Shown in pieces: positions 54,301 through 64,000 of a stretch of DNA of 64,000 nt. Every line of letters begins with the position of its first letter. Position 1 is the stretch's first letter. The notes under the pieces were generated by a model that was not told the DNA's origin, made no database searches, and worked only from the letters and a program-made list of their open reading frames with translations. The stretch spans positions 2,232,001 through 2,296,000 of the forward strand of contig OZ024744.1 in NCBI GenBank assembly GCA_964016885.1, in the 5' to 3' direction. The stretch comes from Eledone cirrhosa. Lineage: Eukaryota. Position numbers and translations under genes: made by a program.

Positions 54301-57300
54301 CCCTTGTCTTCCCTCAAAACTTCGTTCTTGATCAAGCTATCTTTCTCTACCTTGTCTTCCCTCAAAACTTCGTTCTTCAATAAGCTATCTTTCTCTACCT
54401 TGTCTTCCCTCAAAACTTCGTTCTTCACCAAGCTATCTTTCTCTACCTTGTCTTCCCTCAAAACTTCGTTCTTCACCAAGCTATCTTTCTCTACCTTGTC
54501 TTCCCCCAAAACTTCGTTCTTCACCAAGCTATCTTACTCTACCTTGTCTTCCCTCAAAACTTCGTTCTTCATCAAGCTATCGTTCTCTACCTTGTCTTCC
54601 CACAAAACGTCGTTCTTCACCAAGCTATCTTTCTCTACATTGCCTTCCCTCAAAACTTCGTTCTTCACCAAGCTATCTTTTTCTACCATGTCTTCCCCCA
54701 AAATTTCGTTCTTCACCAAGCTATCTTTCTCTACCTTGTCTTCCCCCAAAACTTCGTTCTTCACCAAGATATCTTTATCTACCTTGTCTTCCCACAAAAC
54801 TTCGTTCTTCACCAAGCTATCTTTGTCTACCTTGTCTTCCCACAAAACGTCGTTCTTCACCAAGCTATCTTTCTCTACCTTGTCTTCCCTCAAAACGTCG
54901 TTCTTCGCCAAGCTATCTTTCTCTACCCATTCTTCCCTCAAAACTTCGTTCTTCACCAAGCTATCTTTCTCTACCTTGTCTTCCCCCAAAACTTAGTCCT
55001 TCACCAAGCTATCTTTCTCTACCTTGTCTTCCCTCAAACTTCGTTCTTCACCAAGCTATCTTTCTCTACCTTGTCTTCCCCCAAAACTTCGTTCCTCACC
55101 AAGCTATCTTTCTCTACCTTGTCTCCCCTCAAAACTTCGTTCTTCACCAAGCTATCTTCCTCTACCTCGTCTTCCCTCAAAACTTCGTTCTACACCAAGC
55201 TATCATACTCTACCTTGTCTTCCCTCAAAACTTCGTTCTTCATCAAGCTATCTTTCTCTACTTTGTCCTCCCTCAAAACTTCGTTCGTTCTTCATCAAGC
55301 TATCTTTCTCTACCTTGTCTTCCCTCAAAACTTCGTTCTTAACCAAGCTATCTTTCTCTACCTTGCCTTCCCGCAAAACTTCGTTCTTCACCAAATATCT
55401 TTATCAACCTTGTCTTCCCCCAAAACTTCGTTCTTCACCAAGCTATCTTTGTCTACCTTGTCTTCCCACAAAACGTCGTTCTTCACCAAGCTATCTTTAT
55501 CTACCTTGTCTTCCCACAAAACGTCGTTCTTCACCAAGCTATCTCTCTCTACCTTCTCTTCCCTCAAAACGTCGTTCTTCACCAAGCTATCTTTCTCTAC
55601 CCATTCTTCCCTCAAAACTTCGTTCTTCACCAAGCTATCTTTCTCTACCTTGTCATCCCTCAAAACGTCGTTCTTCACCAAGCTATCTTTCTCTACCCAT
55701 TCTTCCCTCAAAACTTCGTTCATCACCAAGCTATCTTTCTCTACCTTGTCTTCCCCCAAAACTTCGTTCTTCACCAAGCTATCTTTCTCTACCTTGTCTT
55801 CCCACAAAACTTCGTTCTTCACCAAGCTATCTTTCTCTACCTTGTCTTCCCACAAAACGTCGTTCTTCAGCAAGCTATCTTTCTGTACCTTGTCTTCCCT
55901 CAAAACGTCGTTCTTCACCAAGCTATCTTTCTCTACCCATTCTTCCCTCAAAACTTCGTTCTTCACCAAGCTATCTTTCTCTACCTTGTCTTCCCCCAAA
56001 ACTTCGTTCTTCACCAAGCTATCTTTCTCTACCTTGCCTTCCCTCAAAACTTCGTTCTTCATCAAGCTATCTTTCTCTACTTTGTCTTCCCCCAAAACTT
56101 CGTTCTTCACCAAGCTATCTTTCTCTACCTTGCCTTCCCTCAAAACTTCGTTCTTCATCAAGCTATCTTTCTCTACCTTGTCTTCCCCCAAAACTTCGTT
56201 CTTCACCAAGCTATCTTTCTCTACCTTGTCTTCCCTCAAAACTTCGTTCTTCATCAAGCTATCGTTCTCTACCTTGTCTTCCCACAAAACGTCGTTCTTC
56301 ACCAAGCTATCTTTCTCTACATTGCCTTCCCTCAAAACTTCGTTCTTCACCAAGCTATCTTTTTCTACCATGTCTTCCCCCAAAATTTCGTTCTTCACCA
56401 AGCTATCTTTCTCTACCTTGTCTTCCCCCAAAACTTCGTTCTTCACCAAGATATCTTTATCTACCTTGTCTTCCCACAAAACTTCGTTCTTCACCAAGCT
56501 ATCTTTGTCTACCTTGTCTTCCCACAAAACGTCGTTCTTCACCAAGCTATCTTTCTCTACCTTGTCTTCCCTCAAAACGTCGTTCTTCGCCAAGCTATCT
56601 TTCTCTACCCATTCTTCCCTCAAAACTTCGTTCTTCACCAAGCTATCTTTCTCTACCTTGTCTTCCCCCAAAACTTAGTCCTTCACCAAGCTATCTTTCT
56701 CTACCTTGTCTTCCCTCAAACTTCGTTCTTCACCAAGCTATCTTTCTCTACCTTGTCTTCCCCCAAAACTTCGTTCCTCACCAAGCTATCTTTCTCTACC
56801 TTGTCTCCCCTCAAAACTTCGTTCTTCACCAAGCTATCTTCCTCTACCTCGTCTTCCCTCAAAACTTCGTTCTACACCAAGCTATCATACTCTACCTTGT
56901 CTTCCCTCAAAACTTCGTTCTTCATCAAGCTATCTTTCTCTACTTTGTCCTCCCTCAAAACTTCGTTCGTTCTTCATCAAGCTATCTTTCTCTACCTTGT
57001 CTTCCCTCAAAACTTCGTTCTTAACCAAGCTATCTTTCTCTACCTTGCCTTCCCGCAAAACTTCGTTCTTCATCAAGCTATCTTTCTCTACCTTGTCTTC
57101 CCTCAAAACTTCGTTCTTAACCAAGCTATCTTCCTCTACCTTGCCTTCCCGCAAAACTTCGTTCTTCACCAAATATCTTTATCAACCTTGTCTTCCCCCA
57201 AAACTTCGTTCTTCACCAAGCTATCTTTGTCTACCTTGTGTTCCCACAAAACGTCGTTCTTCACCAAGCTATCTTTATCTACCTTGTCTTCCCACAAAAC

Positions 57301-60300
57301 GTCGTTCTTCACCAAGCTATCTCTCTCTACCTTCTCTTCCCTCAAAACGTCGTTCTTCACCAAGCTATCTTTCTCTACCCATTCTTCCCTCAAAACTTCG
57401 TTCTTCACCAAGCTATCTTTCTCTACCTTGTCATCCCTCAAAACGTCGTTCTTCACCAAGCTATCTTTCTCTACCCATTCTTCCCTCAAAACTTCGTTCA
57501 TCACCAAGCTATCTTTCTCTACCTTGTCTTCCCCCAAAACTTCGTTCTTCACCAAGCTATCTTTCTCTACCTTGTCTTCCCACAAAACTTCGTTCTTCAC
57601 CAAGCTATCTTTCTCTACCTTGTCTTCCCACAAAACGTCGTTCTTCAGCAAGCTATCTTTCTGTACCTTGTCTTCCCTCAAAACGTCGTTCTTCACCAAG
57701 CTATCTTTCTCTACCCATTCTTCCCTCAAAACTTCGTTCTTCACCAAGCTATCTTTCTCTACCTTGTCTTCCCCCAAAACTTCGTTCTTCACCAAGCTAT
57801 CTTTCTCTACCTTGCCTTCCCTCAAAACTTCGTTCTTCATCAAGCTATCTTTCTCTACTTTGTCTTCCCTCAAAACTTCGTTCTTCACCAAGCTAATTTT
57901 CTCTACCTTGCCTTCCCTCAAAACTTCGTTCTTCATCAAGCTATCTTTCTCTACCTTTTCTTCCCTCAAAACTTCGTTATTCACCAAGCTGTCTTTCTCT
58001 ACCTTGTCTTCGTTCAAAACATCGTTCTTCACCAAGCTATCTTTCTCTACCTTGTCTTCCCTCAAAACTTCGTTCTTCACCAAGCTATCTTTCTCTACCT
58101 TTTTTTCCCCCAAAACTTCGTTCTTCACCAAGCTATCTTTCTCTACCTTGTCTTCCCTCAAAACTTCGTTCTTCACCAAGCTATCTTTCTCTACCTTGTC
58201 TTCCCTCCAAACTTCGTTCTTCATCAAGCTATCGTTCTCTACTTTGTCTTCCCTCAAAACGTCGTTCTTCACCAAGCTATCTTTCTCTACCTTGTCTTCC
58301 CTCAAAACTTCGTTCGTTCTTCACCAAGCTATCTTTCTCTACCTTGTCTTCCCACAAAACTTCGTTCTTCATCAAGCTATCTTTCTCTACCCTGTCTTCC
58401 CTCAAAACGTCGTTCTTCACCAAGCTATCTTTCTCTACCTTGTCTTCCCTCAAAACTTCGTTCTTCACCAAGCTATCTTACTCTCCCTTGTCTTCCCTCA
58501 AAACTTCGTTCTTGATCAAGCTATCTTTCTCTACCTTGTCTTCCCTCAAAACTTCGTTCTTCAATAAGCTATCTTTCTCTACCTTGTCTTCCCTCAAAAC
58601 TTCGTTCTTCACCAAGCTATCTTTCTCTACCTTGTCTTCCCTCAAAACTTCGTTCTTCACCAAGCTATCTTTCTCTACCTTGTCTTCCCTCAAAACTTCG
58701 TTCTTCACCAAGCTATCTTTCTCTACCTTGTCTTCCCTCCAAACTTCGTTCTTCATCAAGCTATCGTTCTCTACTTTGTCTTCCCTCAAAACGTCGTTCT
58801 TCACCAAGCTATCTTTCTCTACCTTGTCTTCCCTCAAAACTTCGTTCGTTCTTCACCAAGCTATCTTTCTCTACCTTGTCTTCCCACAAAACTTCGTTCT
58901 TCATCAAGCTATCTTTCTCTACCCTGTCTTCCCTCAAAACGTCGTTCTTCACCAAGCTATCTTTCTCTACCTTGTCTTCCCTCAAAACTTCGTTCTTCAC
59001 CAAGCTATCTTACTCTCCCTTGTCTTCCCTCAAAACTTCGTTCTTGATCAAGCTATCTTTCTCTACCTTGTCTTCCCTCAAAACTTCGTTCTTCAATAAG
59101 CTATCTTTCTCTACCTTGTCTTCCCTCAAAACTTCGTTCTTCACCAAGCTATCTTTCTCTACCTTGTCTTCCCTCAAAACTTCGTTCTTCACCAAGCTAT
59201 CTTTCTCTACCTTGTCTTCCCTCAAAACTTCGTTCTTCACCAAGCTATCTTTCTCTACCTTGTCTTCCCTCAAAACTTCGTTCTTCATCAAGCTATCGTT
59301 CTCTACTTTGTCTTCCCTCAAAACGTCGTTCTTCACCAAGCTATCTTTCTCTACCTTGTCTTCCCTCAAAACTTCGTTCGTTCTTCACCAAGCTATCTTT
59401 CTCTACCTTGTCTTCCCCCAAAACATCGATCTTCACCAAGCTATCTCTCTCTACCTTGTCTCCCCTCAAAACGTCGTTCTTCACCAAGCTATCTTTCTCT
59501 ACCCATTCTTCCCTCAAAATTTCGTTCTTCATCAAGCTATCTTTCTTTACCTTGTCTTCCCTCAAAACGTCTTTCTTCATCAAGCTATCTTTCTCTACCT
59601 TGTCTTCGCCCAAAATTTCGTTCTTCATCAAGCTATCTTTCTCTACCTTGTCTTCCCTCAAAACGTCGTTCTTCACCAAGCTATCTTTCTCTACCTTGTC
59701 TTCCCCCAAAACTTCGTTCTTCACCAAGCTATCTTTCTCTACCTTGTCTTCCCCCAAAACTTCGTTCTTCACCAAGCTATCTTTCTCTACCTTGTCATCC
59801 CACAAAACTTCGTTCTTCACCAAGCTATCTTTCTCTAGCATGTCTTCCCTCAAAATTTCCTTCTTCACCAAGCTATCTTTCCCTACCTTGTCTTCCCTCA
59901 AAACTTCGTTCTTCACCAAGCTCTCTTTCTCTACCTTGTCTACCCCCAAAACTTCGTTCTTCACCAAGCTATCTTTCTCTACCTTGTCTTCCCCCAAAAC
60001 TTCGTTCTTCACCAAGCTATCTTTCTCTACCTTGTCTTCCCCCAAAACTTCGTTCTTCACCAAGCTATCTTTCTCTACCTTGCCTTCCCTCAAAACTTCG
60101 TTCTTCATCAAGCTATCTTTCTCTACTTTGTCTTCCCTCAAAACTTCGTTCTTCACCAAGCTAACTTTCTCTACCTTGCCTTCCCTCAAAACTTCGTTCT
60201 TCATCAAGCTATCTTTCTCTACCTTTTCTTCCCTCAAAACTTCGTTATTCACCAAGCTGTCTTTCTCTACCTTGTCTTCGTTCAAAACATCGTTCTTCAC

Positions 60301-60987
60301 CAAGCTATCTTTCTCTACCTTGTCTTCCCTCAAAACTTCGTTCTTCACCAAGCTATCTTTCTCTACCTTTTTTTCCCCCAAAACTTCGTTCTTCACCAAG
60401 CTATCTTTCTCTACCTTGTCTTCCCTCAAAACTTCGTTCTTCACCAAGCTATCTTTCTCTACCTTGTCTTCCCTCCAAACTTCGTTCTTCATCAAGCTAT
60501 CGTTCTCTACTTTGTCTTCCCTCAAAACGTCGTTCTTCACCAAGCTATCTTTCTCTACCTTGTCTTCCCTCAAAACTTCGTTCGTTCTTCACCAAGCTAT
60601 CTTTCTCTACCTTGTCTTCCCACAAAACTTCGTTCTTCATCAAGCTATCTTTCTCTACCCTGTCTTCCCTCAAAACGTCGTTCTTCACCAAGCTATCTTT
60701 CTCTACCTTGTCTTCCCTCAAAGCTTCGTTCTTCACCAAGCTATCTTACTCTCCCTTGTCTTCCCTCAAAACTTCGTTCTTGATCAAGCTATCTTTCTCT
60801 ACCTTGTCTTCCCTCAAAACTTCGTTCTTCAATAAGCTATCTTTCTCTACCTTGTCTTCCCTCAAAACTTCGTTCTTCACCAAGCTATCTTTCTCTACCT
60901 TGTCTTCCCTCAAAACTTCGTTCTTCACCAAGCTATCTTTCTCTACCTTGTCTTCCCCCAAAACTTCGTTCTTCACCAAGCTATCTT
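47295..60987. repeat. 6836-bp near-perfect tandem duplication (copies ~47295-54130 and ~54131-60966)
   Basis: More than 15 ORF pairs are offset by exactly 6836 (for example 47698/54534, 48188/55024, 50330/57166, 52505/59341, 53709/60545). The only difference I noticed is A at 53887 versus G at 60723. Confidence 0.92.
51330..52560. repeat. 532-bp (11-monomer, one of them 52 bp) tandem unit, ~2.3 copies; repeated at ~58170-59400 by the 6836-bp duplication
   Basis: ORF left ends at 51441/51973/52505 and 58277/58809/59341 are spaced by 532 = 11x48+4. Confidence 0.85.
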
Positions 60988-63900
60988 ACTCTACCTTGTC
61001 TTCCCTCAAAACTTCGTTCTTCACCAAGCTATCTTTCTCTACCTTGTCTTCCCTCAAAACTTCGTTCTTCATCAAGCTATCGTTCTCTACTTTGTCTTCC
61101 CTCAAAACGTCGTTCTTCACCAAGCTATCTTTCTCTACCTTGTCTTCCCTCAAAACTTCGTTCGTTCTTCACCAAGCTATCTTTCTCTACCTTGTCTTCC
61201 CCCAAAACATCGATCTTCACCAAGCTATCTCTCTCTACCTTGTCTCCCCTCAAAACGTCGTTCTTCACCAAGCTATCTTTCTCTACCCATTCTTCCCTCA
61301 AAATTTCGTTCTTCATCAAGCTATCTTTCTTTACCTTGTCTTCCCTCAAAACGTCTTTCTTCATCAAGCTATCTTTCTCTACCTTGTCTTCGCCCAAAAT
61401 TTCGTTCTTCATCAAGCTATCTTTCTCTACCTTGTCTTCCCTCAAAACGTCGTTCTTCACCAAGCTATCTTTCTCTACCTTGTCTTCCCCCAAAACTTCG
61501 TTCTTCACCAAGCTATCTTTCTCTACCTTGTCTTCCCCCAAAACTTCGTTCTTCACCAAGCTATCTTTCTCTACCTTGTCATTCCACAAAACTTCGTTCT
61601 TCACCAAGCTATCTTTCTCTAGCATGTCTTCCCTCAAAATTTCCTTCTTCACCAAGCTATCTTTCCCTACCTTGTCTTCCCTCAAAACTTCGTTCTTCAC
61701 CAAGCTCTCTTTCTCTACCTTGTCTACCCCCAAAACTTCGTTCTTCACCAAGCTATCTTTCTCTACCTTGTCTTCCCCCAAAACTTCGTTCTTCACCAAG
61801 CTATCTTTCTCTACCTTGTCTTCCCCCAAAACTTCGTTCTTCACCAAGCTATCTTTCTCTACCTTGTCTTCCCCCAAAACTTCGTTCTTCACCAAGCTAT
61901 CTTTCTCTACCTTGTCTTCCCACAAAACTTCGTTCTTCACCAAGCTATATTTCTCTACCTTGTCTTCCCACAAAACGTCATTCTTCACCAAGCTATCTTT
62001 CTCTACCTTGTCTCCCCTCAAAACGTCGTTCTTCACCAAGCTATCTTTCTCTACCCATTCTTCCCTCAAAACTTCGTTCTTCACCAAGCTATATTTCTCT
62101 ACCTTGTCTCCCCCCAAAACTTCGTTCTTCACCAAGCTATCTTTCTCTACCTTGCCTTCCCTCAAAACTTCGTTCTTCATCAAGCTATCTTTCTCTACTT
62201 TGTCTTCCCTCAAAACTTCGTTCTTCACCAAGCTAACTTTCTCTACCTTGTCTTCCCTCAAAACTTCGTTCTTCATCAAGCTATCTTTCTCTACCTTGTC
62301 TTCGCTCAAAACTTCGTTCTTCACCAAGCTATCTATCTCTACCTTGTCTACCCCCAAAAGTTCGTTCTTCACCAAGCTATCTTTCTCTACCTTGTCTTCC
62401 CCCAAAACATCGTTCTTCACCAAGCTATCTCTCTCTACCTTGTCTCCCCTCAAAACGTCGTTCTTCACCAAGCTATCTTTCTCTACCCATTCTTCCCTCA
62501 AAACTTCGTTCTTCACCAAGCTATCTTTCTCTACCTTGTCTTCCCCCAAAACTTCGTTCCTCACCAAGCTATCTTTCTCTACCTTGTCTTCCCTCAAAAC
62601 TTCGTTCTTCACCAAGCTATGTTTCTCTACCTCGTCTTCCCCCAAAACTTCCTTCTTCACCAAGCTATCTTTCTCTACCTTGTCTTCCCTCAAAACGTCG
62701 TTCTTCACCAAGCTATCTTTCTCTATCTTGTCTTCCCCCAACACTTCGTTCTTCATCAAGCTATCTTTCTCTACCTTGTCTTCCCTCAAAACATCGTTCT
62801 TCACCAAGCTATCTTTCTCTACCTTGTCTTCCTTCAAAACTTCGTTCTTCACCAAGCTATCTTTCTCTACCTTGTCTTCCCTCAAAACGTCGTTCTTCAC
62901 CAAGCTCTCTTTCTCTACCTTGTCTTCCTTCAAAACTTCGTTCTTCACCAAGCTATCTTTCTCTACCTTGTCTTCCCCCAAAACTCCGTTCTTCACCAAG
63001 CTATCTTTCTCTACCTTGTCCTCCCCCAAAACTTCGTTCTTCATCAAGCTATCTTTCTCTACCTTGTCTTCCCTCAAAACGTCTTTCTTCACTAAGCTAT
63101 CTTTCTCTACCTTGTCCTCACTCAAAACTTCGTTCTTCACCAAGCTATCTTTCTCTACCTTGTCTACCCCCAAAACTTCGTTCTTCACCAAGCTATCTTT
63201 CTCTACCTTGTCTTCTCCCAAAACTTCGTTCTTCACCAAGCTATCTTTCTCTACCTTGTTTTCCCTCAAAACGTCGTTCTTCACCAAGCTATCTTTCTCT
63301 ACCCATTCTTCCCTCAAAACTTCGTTCTTCACCAAGCTATCTTTCTCTACCTTGTCTTCCCCCAAAACTTCGTTCTTCACCAAGCTATCTTTCTCTACCT
63401 TGCCTTCCCTCAAAACTTCGTTCTTCATCAAGCTATCTTTCTCTACTTTGTCTTCACTCAAAACGTCGTTCTTCACCAAGCTATATTTCTCTACCTTGTC
63501 TTCCCTCAAAACTTCATTCGTTCTTCATCAAGCTATTTTCTCTACCTTGTCTTCCCTCAAAACTTCGTTCTTCACCAAGCTATTTTTCTCTACCTTGCCT
63601 TCCCTCAAAACTTCGTTCTTCATCAAGCTATCTTTCTCTACCTTGTGTTCCCACAAAACGTCGTTCTTCACCAAGCTATCTTTCTCTACCTTGTCTCCCC
63701 TCAAAACGTCGTTCTTCTCCAAGCTATCTTTCTCTACCCATTCTTCCCTCAAAACTTCGTTCTTCACCAAGCTATATTTCTCTACCTTGTCTTCCCTCAA
63801 AACTTCGTTCTTCACCAAGCTATCTTTCTCTACCTTGTCTTCTCCCAAAACTTCGTTCTTCACCAAGCTATCTTTCTCTACCTTGTCTTCCCTCAAAACG

Positions 63901-64000
63901 TCGTTCTTCACCAAGCTAACTTTCTCTACCCATTCTTCCCTCAAAACTTCGTTCTTCACCAAGCTATCTTTCTCTACCTTGTCTACCCCCAAAACTTCGT

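Larger units (their letters stand above)
1..64000. repeat. 48-bp tandem repeat (satellite DNA) array, about 1,330 monomers, single orientation, truncated at both window edges
   Basis: Every part of the window matches the consensus ACCAAGCTATCTTTCTCTACCTTGTCTTCCCCCAAAACTTCGTTCTTC, usually with 0-4 substitutions per monomer and occasional 47-bp or 52-bp monomers. All ORFs show 16-aa periodicity. No spacer or unique DNA was seen. Confidence 0.99.
33181..64000. repeat. Satellite subfamily domain B (right)
   Basis: TTCCCTCAAAA monomers dominate. Diagnostic variants are TTCATCAAG, the 52-bp CTTCGTTCGTTC monomer, TACCCATTC, TTGCCTTCC, TCTTACTC and TTGATCAAG. I did not see these before about 33.2 kb. 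Confidence 0.85.

Noticed and set aside
22-63095. Very long + strand ORFs (up to 3477 aa) in all three frames
   Set aside because: The consensus has no TAA, TAG, TGA or ATG on the + strand, so all frames stay open trivially. The ORFs overlap, start mostly at TTG and switch between three peptide phases at each indel.
65-63992. Single giant minus-strand CDS of EDKVEKDSLVKNEVLG repeats
   Set aside because: It is broken into more than 100 fragments by inherited frameshifts and stops, has no unique domain, and its variants are mostly non-synonymous. It is kept only as an origin hypothesis.
1-64000. CRISPR array
   Set aside because: The repeats are contiguous with no unique spacers, and there is no leader or cas gene.
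1-64000. Immunoglobulin switch region (49-bp S-gamma-like repeats with AGCT and G-runs)
   Set aside because: The resemblance is architectural only. Switch regions are about 1-12 kb, richer in G and AGCT, and flanked by constant-region exons, none of which are seen here.
1-64000. G-quadruplex, H-DNA or phased A-tract curvature
   Set aside because: There is only one G3+ run per 48 bp, pure pyrimidine tracts are about 9 bp, and the single A4 tract per 48 bp (about 4.6 helical turns) is not in helical phase.
1-64000. Telomeric repeat, rDNA/tRNA array, embedded transposon or inversion
   Set aside because: No such motifs, no non-satellite segment and no reverse-orientation monomers were seen.

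Overview
The whole 64 kb window is one uninterrupted, head-to-tail tandem array of a 48-bp monomer (about 1,330 copies; consensus ACCAAGCTATCTTTCTCTACCTTGTCTTCCCCCAAAACTTCGTTCTTC; about 44% GC; + strand about 75% pyrimidine). I found no unique sequence, inversion, transposon insertion, RNA gene or credible protein-coding gene, and both array edges lie outside the window. It is best read as eukaryotic-type satellite DNA; I cannot name the family or the organism. The giant ORFs in the track are artefacts of a stop-free monomer whose length is divisible by 3. The informative signal lies in the monomer variants. They define two subfamily domains that meet at about 33.2 kb, show spatially restricted (layered) variant distributions, and reveal nested, irregular tandem duplications (periods of about 240, 532, 962, 1971, 2550, 2870, 3401-3449 and 6836 bp) rather than one fixed higher-order repeat. 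I cannot support a novel gene system from this sequence. The most unusual lead is a protein-like 16-aa frame on the minus strand (EDKVEKDSLVKNEVLG), which may point to a coding origin but is now broken by propagated frameshifts and stops. All counts and boundaries were read by eye or from ORF-track offsets and are approximate.
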